From assembly GCA_963767925.1 (NCBI GenBank), contig CAVYGB010000001.1:352001-416000 (forward strand): 64,000 nt of DNA. Reading direction: 5' to 3'. The stretch is from an uncultured delta proteobacterium (GTDB taxonomy: Bacteria > Myxococcota_A > Polyangia > Fen-1088). Under the pieces are notes generated by a model. The model was not told where the DNA came from. It did not search any database and saw only the letters and a list, made by a program, of their open reading frames with translations. The position numbers and the translations under genes are program-made. Shown piece after piece: positions 57,797 through 64,000 of this stretch (position 1 is the stretch's first letter; each line of letters starts with the position of its first letter).

Positions 57797-58834
57797 GTGT
57801 CGGGAGAAGAGCACCAGGGGCTGAGGCCCGGCACCTTGCTGGGCGGGGCCTATCGGATTCTCGGGAAGCGCGGCATGGGCGGCATGGGGGAGGTCTACCT
57901 GGCCAGCCACGTTCGCTGGTCCGGCCGGTTTGCGGTGAAGGTTCTGAGTCCACGGCTCGAGGAGGACCCGGTCGCGCTGGCTCGGTTTGCCCACGAGGCG
58001 GAGATGCTGGCGCTGGTCCAGCATGCCAACGTGGTTCGCCTCGTCGAGTTCCAGTCTTCCGGCTCGCGGCCGCCGCTTCTCGCGATGGAGTACCTGGACG
58101 GAAATGATCTGGCCCAGCACATCGCCGACTGCGGTCCGATGTCGCCCCGGCGGGTGGTGGTGCTGGTGGAGCAGATAGCGGCCGCGCTGGAGGTCGCGCA
58201 CGCTCGTCGGATTGTCCACGCGGACATCAAGCCGGGGAACGTGTTCCTCCTGGCCGGCGCGGGCAACGCGGCCAAGGTGCTCGACTTCGGCGTGGCCCAC
58301 TTCTTTGGCCAGGGATCGTCGCTGGCCACACCCGCCTACATGGCGCCGGAACAGGCCGCTGGTCAGGTCGAGGCGGTCGACAGCCGCGCGGACCAGTTCG
58401 CGCTGGCGGCGCTGAGCTACGTGTTGCTCACGGGAGAAGATCCGTTTCCCGGGGATCGTACGGTGGACGTGCTGGACGGCATCCTCCATGGATGTCCTCC
58501 CGCGCTCGCTGGCCGTACGGGGTGGGCCACCGAGGAGGTCCAGGGGGTCCTCGACCGGGCCCTGAGCAAGCGCCCCGTCGACCGCTTCCGGAGCGTGTCC
58601 GACTTTGCCACGGAGCTCTCCCGCGCGGCATTCCAGAGCGCGCATGCGCTGTTGCAACAGCGGGTCGCCCGGCAGCGCTGGGTGCGGGTCTCTGACGCCC
58701 GCAACAGAACGCCCGGCAATCTCCAGCGCGCTCATCGCCGGGCCCTCGACGGCACCATCGTGGCGGCTGGGCGCCTGGGATGCCAGACCACGGTGCTGGC
58801 GCGCCGACCGCGGGTCCGTAGCCTCCTGGCTTGA
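57797..58834 (+). CDS. Ser/Thr protein kinase
   Basis: GMGGMGEVY, AVK, HADIKPGN, DFG, YMAPEQ. Confidence 0.92.
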   Translation: MSGEEHQGLRPGTLLGGAYRILGKRGMGGMGEVYLASHVRWSGRFAVKVLSPRLEEDPVALARFAHEAEMLALVQHANVVRLVEFQSSGSRPPLLAMEYLDGNDLAQHIADCGPMSPRRVVVLVEQIAAALEVAHARRIVHADIKPGNVFLLAGAGNAAKVLDFGVAHFFGQGSSLATPAYMAPEQAAGQVEAVDSRADQFALAALSYVLLTGEDPFPGDRTVDVLDGILHGCPPALAGRTGWATEEVQGVLDRALSKRPVDRFRSVSDFATELSRAAFQSAHALLQQRVARQRWVRVSDARNRTPGNLQRAHRRALDGTIVAAGRLGCQTTVLARRPRVRSLLA

Positions 58835-58975
58835 CGGCCGCACCGGGGCGCGCGCGGGGCAACTTGCCTCGACGTGGCCGATCGACACGCCGCCTGTGGT
58901 GGCCGTCGGGCTCGCATCGGCCCACGGGCGGGCGCGATGGTTCGCTCTCCTGACCCGATCAGCCCCTCGATCGCC

Positions 58976-58991
58976 GGGCACGTGGCTTGCG
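58976..58991 (+). promoter_or_regulatory. sigma-54 (-24/-12) promoter
   Basis: GGGCACGTGGCTTGCG; GG-CAC-N5-TT-GC consensus. Confidence 0.65.
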
Positions 58992-59003
58992 TCTGGTAGC
59001 CAC

Positions 59004-59435
59004 GTGGAGCGCCGACATGCAGTCCGGGGGAGTGGGAGCCCGGCGGCCGCCAGCAAGACCGTCTTGCTCGTGGAACCCGACCAGGAGATCCGGGACCTCC
59101 TTCGGGACTGCTTCGATCTGGTCGGTTACAACCTCATCGGAGTCAGCCATTGCGACCTGGCGCTCCTCTATCTGAACCTGGTGGATGGCGCGCTCCCCGA
59201 CCTCGTCATCCTCGACCTGCAGATCTCCGATCCGACGTGCCGCCGGATGCTCGACCGGATCCGACGAGATCCCGAGGTCGCCGACGTCCCGGTCGTGTTC
59301 CTCCCGGCGTGCCCGCGCGGAAGCGGGAGCGGCACCTCCGATCTCCTCCGGCCGGCGCTTCCGGTCCAGGCGCTGATCGAGCTCGTCCGAAGGTACCTGG
59401 GCGGCGGCGCGACCTTCGCCCCGCCGCCGGCGTGA
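59004..59435 (+). CDS. single-domain response regulator receiver (atypical); start uncertain
   Basis: VLLVEPD, PDLVILDL, ADVPVVF; the conserved Lys is not evident. Confidence 0.7.
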   Translation: MERRHAVRGSGSPAAASKTVLLVEPDQEIRDLLRDCFDLVGYNLIGVSHCDLALLYLNLVDGALPDLVILDLQISDPTCRRMLDRIRRDPEVADVPVVFLPACPRGSGSGTSDLLRPALPVQALIELVRRYLGGGATFAPPPA

Positions 59436-61771
59436 TGGCCCCCCCGAGACGGCCGGCCCTCGTGTTGGCAGCGGCGGTGGCCTTGCAGGCTCGGCCGATG
59501 AACCCAGCCCGGGCAGCCGGAGAGACGTTCGACCTGCCGGGGCAAAGGGCGTTCAGCCGCTGCCACCGCCTGCCAGGCGGAACGCCTCGCCTGAGGCTCA
59601 ATCTTCCACCGAACGCCGATCTGGAGGCGCTCGCCGCCTGGATGTCGGCCGTCGGGTGCGCGACGATCGTGGTTCCGGGCCCGCTGCTGAAGAAGAAGAA
59701 GGTCACTGTCTTCGCTCCGGGAAACCTCGCCCTGACCGACGCTTACCGGCTCTTCTTCGGAGCCCTCGAGGCCCATGGGCTGACCGTCGAGCCGCAGGGC
59801 AAGACTCTGCGCATCGTCGAGAGCGGGCGTGCGCGTTCGAGGGGTCTGCCCGTGATCACGGCGGAGGAGGAGCGCGGCACGCCGGACGAGCGCCACGTGA
59901 CGCGGCTCTTCCGCTTCCAGTACCTGGATCCGACGGCGGTGGTCAGCGAGCTCTTCAAGCACCTCCGGGGCGAAAAGGGGGTGGCCCTGGCCTTCGGAGG
60001 TACGATTGTCGCGACCGACCGGGCGACCATGCTGGAGCGGTTCGGCGAGATCGTGCGGGAGCTGGATCGGCCGGAGGTCGCTCGAGAGCGGCTCTGGCTG
60101 GTCCGGGTGAAGCGCGGCTCCGCGCGGGCCATGGCCGCCCGCCTGGCGCAGATCTTCCAGGTCCGGCAGCCCACGCAGCGACCCGGGCAACGCCTGGTCC
60201 CCCGCCCAGCGCCTGCGCGCCCCGCAAAGAGCCCGCCGCCGTCTCCGCGAAAGGCCGCGCACCGCCTGGATGAGCTGTTGACCATCGAGAAGCTGATCGC
60301 GGACGATCGCAGCGGCCGGTTGATCGTGGTGGCCCGGGAGCCGGCGCACGAGCTGCTGCGCGCGATCATGAGCCGCCTCGAGCTGACCCCGGATCCGGCC
60401 GAGCACGACCTGGTGCATCTCTATCCCTGCGAGTACGCGGAATGCCTCCAGCTGGCCGCCACGCTGAGCGCCATCACCGGCGTTCCGCTGCTGTCGACAG
60501 GCAGTCCTTCGCGGACCGGCTCCCCGCGAGCGCGTCGGTCCCCGGTGCGTGCGTCGCGGCCGAGGGGTCGGTCCGCTCCGTCGCCCGCTCCGGCGGAGCG
60601 GGAGCTCTTCGGGCGGGGCGTGCGTCTCGCGGTCGACGCCGGCACCAATACCCTCCTCGTCGTCTCGACCCGACCCGACTTCGAGGCGCTGCGCCGCCTG
60701 GTGGCCCGGCTCGACGTCCCCCGAAAGCAAGTTTATATCGAGGCGCTCGTGCTGGAGGTCCTGCTCGACAGGAACCAGGAGCTAGGCGTCGCCTACCACG
60801 CGGGTCGATCCGTCGACCTGGTCGGGGCGCGCGCCGTGGCGCTCGGTGGCTTCGAGCCGGGCACGACTCTGAATCCGGCGGGACTGGCCGGCGACCTGGT
60901 CGGTCTGGCCGGCGCGCTGTTCGGACCGGCGCTCGACGCGGCCGCCAGCCGGCTGGTCGGGGTCGCGCTGGATATTCCGTCGTTCGGGGCGTTCGTCCAG
61001 GCGCTGCAACGAGACGACGACATCAAAGTCCTCTCCTCCCCGAACCTCCTCATCACCAGCAATCAGGAAGGAGAGATCTCGGTCGGACAGCGGTTGCCCT
61101 TTCCCTCCGGGTTCCTGAGCGGCTCGCCCCCGGCGGTGGGGGTACCGTCCGGTCTCCTGCCACAGGTCTCCGTCCAGCGCGAAGATGTCTCGTTGCGAAT
61201 GAAGCTGGCCCCCCGGGTAACCGAGCGGGACCAGGTCCGGCTGAACGTGGACGTCGAGATCTCGGACCTGGCCGCCGCCAACTTCAACGGGCTGGGGCCA
61301 GCCACGTCCAGGCGGTCAGCCAGGACCGAGGTGATCTGTCACGACCAGCAGACGGTGGTCATCGGAGGGTTGATGGCGGATCGGACGACCGACACGAGCA
61401 CCAAGGTGCCCCTTCTCGGGGACCTTCCCGTGGTCGGCCTCCTCTTCCGGCGCAGCTCGAAGCAGGTTCAGAAGTCGAACCTCATCATCGCGCTGACACC
61501 GCACGTGATCTCGGAGGTCGGGGACTTGCGCCGGGTCGCCGAGCGCAAGATGCGTGAGCGCCGGGAGCTCGTCGAACGGTTCTCGTCCCGGCCGGAGTCG
61601 GTATGGTCCGCGATCTCCCGGGGGCTGGAGATCGACTACCGCGACCGACGCGGCATGCTCGAGCAGATAAACCGTGCCGCGCGAGAGATCGACGAGGAGG
61701 ACGCGGACCTGCGGCGCTTCCGGCTGGAGAGGCAGCAAGAGGCTGTGCCGGTCGGTCCCGGGTCGAGCTGA
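59435..61771 (+). CDS. gspD: type II secretion secretin GspD-like
   Basis: N0-N3-like domains; LDVPRKQVYIEALVLEV, VLSSPNLL, QTVVIGGLM, KVPLLGDLPVVGLLFR. Confidence 0.88.
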   Translation: MAPPRRPALVLAAAVALQARPMNPARAAGETFDLPGQRAFSRCHRLPGGTPRLRLNLPPNADLEALAAWMSAVGCATIVVPGPLLKKKKVTVFAPGNLALTDAYRLFFGALEAHGLTVEPQGKTLRIVESGRARSRGLPVITAEEERGTPDERHVTRLFRFQYLDPTAVVSELFKHLRGEKGVALAFGGTIVATDRATMLERFGEIVRELDRPEVARERLWLVRVKRGSARAMAARLAQIFQVRQPTQRPGQRLVPRPAPARPAKSPPPSPRKAAHRLDELLTIEKLIADDRSGRLIVVAREPAHELLRAIMSRLELTPDPAEHDLVHLYPCEYAECLQLAATLSAITGVPLLSTGSPSRTGSPRARRSPVRASRPRGRSAPSPAPAERELFGRGVRLAVDAGTNTLLVVSTRPDFEALRRLVARLDVPRKQVYIEALVLEVLLDRNQELGVAYHAGRSVDLVGARAVALGGFEPGTTLNPAGLAGDLVGLAGALFGPALDAAASRLVGVALDIPSFGAFVQALQRDDDIKVLSSPNLLITSNQEGEISVGQRLPFPSGFLSGSPPAVGVPSGLLPQVSVQREDVSLRMKLAPRVTERDQVRLNVDVEISDLAAANFNGLGPATSRRSARTEVICHDQQTVVIGGLMADRTTDTSTKVPLLGDLPVVGLLFRRSSKQVQKSNLIIALTPHVISEVGDLRRVAERKMRERRELVERFSSRPESVWSAISRGLEIDYRDRRGMLEQINRAAREIDEEDADLRRFRLERQQEAVPVGPGSS

Positions 61772-61787
61772 GCGGAATCCAAGCGCC

Positions 61788-62168
61788 TCAACCCGGCGGT
61801 CGGTCCAGGGGCTCGTGAGCGCGCGCGCTGAGAGAAAAGGCCACGATGCCGCCGGCTACGACGAGCTGGACCGGCGCCGTGACAGCTCGCGCGGTCGGGA
61901 GCAGGAGGCTGCCGAGCGATAGCCAGAGCGCCACCGCGACGTTCATGCAGCAGGCACACCGCCAGCCGGTCAGGCCCCGCGCGGAGTGAAAGATCACGGC
62001 GACCCCGGAGGTGAGGGCCACGGCGATCTGCTCCCGCTGGTCCTGGGCGAGGAGCTGTCTGGCCGGGTGTACGTCCGCGACGTCTCGGGCGGGCTGCTGG
62101 TCGAGCTGCGCAAGGAGCGCAGCTACCCGTGAACGCGGCTGCGGCAGGCCGGCACCGCTACTGCGCAT
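61788..62168 (-). CDS. small hypothetical membrane protein
   Basis: Three hydrophobic segments; weak support. Confidence 0.35.
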   Translation of the reverse strand: MRSSGAGLPQPRSRVAALLAQLDQQPARDVADVHPARQLLAQDQREQIAVALTSGVAVIFHSARGLTGWRCACCMNVAVALWLSLGSLLLPTARAVTAPVQLVVAGGIVAFSLSARAHEPLDRPPG

Positions 62169-62249
62169 GCCGTCACTGGTCACCGAATTTTACCTCCGCC
62201 CTACTTCTTTGGCGGCCACCGAGCCGGCCAGCGGTGGCATACCGGCAAC

Positions 62250-62999
62250 ATGACGAGCCGTCTCCCCGCCATCGCGCCCCGTCCTTCCCGCGCCTGGGCC
62301 CTGGGCGCGTTGCTCCTCACCGCCTGCGGCGAAGAACAGCCGGCGGGAGGGCTTTCACCGGGCGCCCCCGCCAGCGTCGATGCCGGCACCACCCCCGCCC
62401 CGTCCGACGCGGCCACGTCGCCAGCACCCGGCGCCGACTCCGGCGCGAACGGTGACGCCCGCGCCGCCGTCCCTCCCGACGCGCGGCCCTGCACGCCCCC
62501 GTCCCCCGCCGGCGCCCCCCGCGCCGAAGCCTACCCACCCGCTCCTTACGGCATCGGCCATTGCCAGACCGTCGGCGACGTCACGTTCAAGCGGAGCGAC
62601 GACACCCCCCTGTCTCTGGCCGACATCCGCAGGATGGCCAGCGTCGAGGTGATCGTCGTGCTCGAGGCGGGCAGCAACCAGGTTTCGCACGTCCAGCGCC
62701 TCACCCCGATTTACGCCGAGCTGGCCGCCCAGGGCGTCTACGTCCTCGCCGTGCTCGCCGAGTCCGGCAGCACCGCCGCGGCCCTGGCTGCCTGGGAAGC
62801 CGCCGCCGCCTTCCCCGGTACCTCCGTCCACGGCAGCCGCATCGCCGGCCCGGGCGGCATCACCAGCGGCTACCCCAACGTCTACATCATCCAGGCCGAC
62901 ACGATGCAGATCCACACCCGCATCACCGGCTTCGCCACCATCACCACCGACTCCGTCCGCACCGCCACCCTCCAGGCGCTGGACCGTAACCGCCCCTGA
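62250..62999 (+). CDS. lipoprotein with degenerate thioredoxin-like domain
   Basis: Lipobox LTAC; YPPAPYG..., LSLADI, GYPNVYII; no CxxC. Confidence 0.6.
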   Translation: MTSRLPAIAPRPSRAWALGALLLTACGEEQPAGGLSPGAPASVDAGTTPAPSDAATSPAPGADSGANGDARAAVPPDARPCTPPSPAGAPRAEAYPPAPYGIGHCQTVGDVTFKRSDDTPLSLADIRRMASVEVIVVLEAGSNQVSHVQRLTPIYAELAAQGVYVLAVLAESGSTAAALAAWEAAAAFPGTSVHGSRIAGPGGITSGYPNVYIIQADTMQIHTRITGFATITTDSVRTATLQALDRNRP

Positions 63000-63086
63000 C
63001 CCCCGCGTCGCCGCAGCCCGGCCCGGTCCCCGCCGCGCAAAGTGCGGGCTGAGGCTGGCGGAGGATCGACGGGCGGGGCGGGATGA

Positions 63087-63851
63087 TCAGGCGGGTTCCG
63101 GGAGGACAGGGGGCGTGGTGCTGGGGTGCGGCCCGGGGGGCGGGGTGTAGTCGAGGAGGAGGAAGGGGAGCCAGAGGCCGGGTTCGCTGGGGGCGGCGCC
63201 CGCGGCGATGTGGGCGATGCCGCGCTCGGCGTCGTCTTCGGTCGGCAGCAGGCCGTGGGCGTTGGCGCGCAGGCCGAGGGTGCGGGCGAAGGTCAGGTCC
63301 AGGCGGTTGCAGTACCAGGAGTGGGGCTGGGCGTTTCGCGCTTCGAAGCCCAGGGGCTCGAACCCCAGGACGGTGCCACCTGGGGGCAGCGGGGTGCTGC
63401 GCGCGAGCAGCGTGTGCAGGCCACCCGCCCCCTCCTCGGGCGACCGGGGAGCGGCCCAGTCCAGGTATCGGGTTGCGTGCGCGGGGGAGAGGGCGAGGCC
63501 CAGCGCCACCCAGGGGCGGCCCGGCGGGAGCTGAGCCAGCAACTCGACCAGCCCGGCCCGCGACAGCACGACGTTCGGCCAGCCGAAGCGACCGTCGTCG
63601 AATCCCGCCGTGACCAGGTCGGTGACCGTGCGGAGCGCCTCCTCGCTCAGGCCCAGCTCGGCCGCGGCGGCCTGCCGCTCTGTGGGCGTGTGGCCGGTCC
63701 AGGCGAGCGACCAGGTGTCGGGCACGAACCGGGCGAGGCAGGAGGAGGCGGTGAGCAGCGGAGTGGGAAGGCCCTCGTCGAGCTCGTCGCGCCCGACGGG
63801 TTCGGTCAGGAGGTAGCCGGCGAAGAGATACCGAGCGCGATCCGGTTCCAT
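63087..63851 (-). CDS. hypothetical protein
   Basis: Strong codon bias; LGFEP...HSWYCN...NAHGLL. Confidence 0.7.
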   Translation of the reverse strand: MEPDRARYLFAGYLLTEPVGRDELDEGLPTPLLTASSCLARFVPDTWSLAWTGHTPTERQAAAAELGLSEEALRTVTDLVTAGFDDGRFGWPNVVLSRAGLVELLAQLPPGRPWVALGLALSPAHATRYLDWAAPRSPEEGAGGLHTLLARSTPLPPGGTVLGFEPLGFEARNAQPHSWYCNRLDLTFARTLGLRANAHGLLPTEDDAERGIAHIAAGAAPSEPGLWLPFLLLDYTPPPGPHPSTTPPVLPEPA

Positions 63852-63885
63852 GGGCCGCGCTCCGTATACCTCACCCGCCGCCTGT

Positions 63886-64000
63886 TTAGAGGCAGGTCAG
63901 GCTGCCGGCGGTCACCTTTGTAGCGGCGTTGAAGCTCTGGGAGTTGGTGGAGTAGTTGAAGGTCCTGGAGGCGCCGGGGGCGAGCGAGGCGCTCGACCAC
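63886..64000 (-). CDS. C terminus of a gene entering from outside the window (CBM2-like beta-sandwich)
   Basis: ...WSSASLAPGASRTFNYSTNSQSFNAATKVTAGSLTCL*. Confidence 0.5.
   Translation of the reverse strand, partial: WSSASLAPGASRTFNYSTNSQSFNAATKVTAGSLTCL

Overview
Very GC-rich bacterial DNA. The Pro/Gly-rich lipoproteins, Ser/Thr kinase, SET protein and sigma-54-type promoters suggest a myxobacterium-like host (inference). The window has three zones. (1) 1-21 kb, host-like genes: the 5' part of a non-discriminating aspartyl-tRNA synthetase, secreted carbohydrate/ester-active enzymes, SDR, NUDIX, SGNH, SET, ArsR/DoxX and an HTTM pair. Directly upstream of aspS is a leader ORF absent from the ORF track, MPDDDDDLEKRA (five consecutive Asp codons). 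It is followed by two mutually exclusive RNA helices just before the aspS RBS, giving a candidate aspartate/Asp-tRNA-sensing ribosome-mediated attenuator; this is the most striking signal in the window. (2) ~21.3-47.8 kb, a visibly less GC-rich, decaying integrative element. Its core is a tyrosine integrase beside a tRNA-Glu-like 3' fragment, an excisionase split by a complete IS4 (10-bp target duplication), a primase-TOPRIM/DUF927 replicase, and an XRE regulator with a four-site phased operator array. Its defence-like cargo is XPB-like helicase+DUF790, a PIN protein, a Schlafen/AlbA_2 protein with a coupled partner, and an IetAS-like AAA ATPase+S8 protease. The left end is an internally deleted ISKra4. 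(3) 47.9-64 kb, host-like genes: a propeller sensor kinase/NarL regulator, methyltransferase, msrB, YHS, DUF1801, a Pal-like protein, a Ser/Thr kinase, a receiver protein and an orphan GspD secretin. All family calls come from motif recognition by eye; no searches were run.
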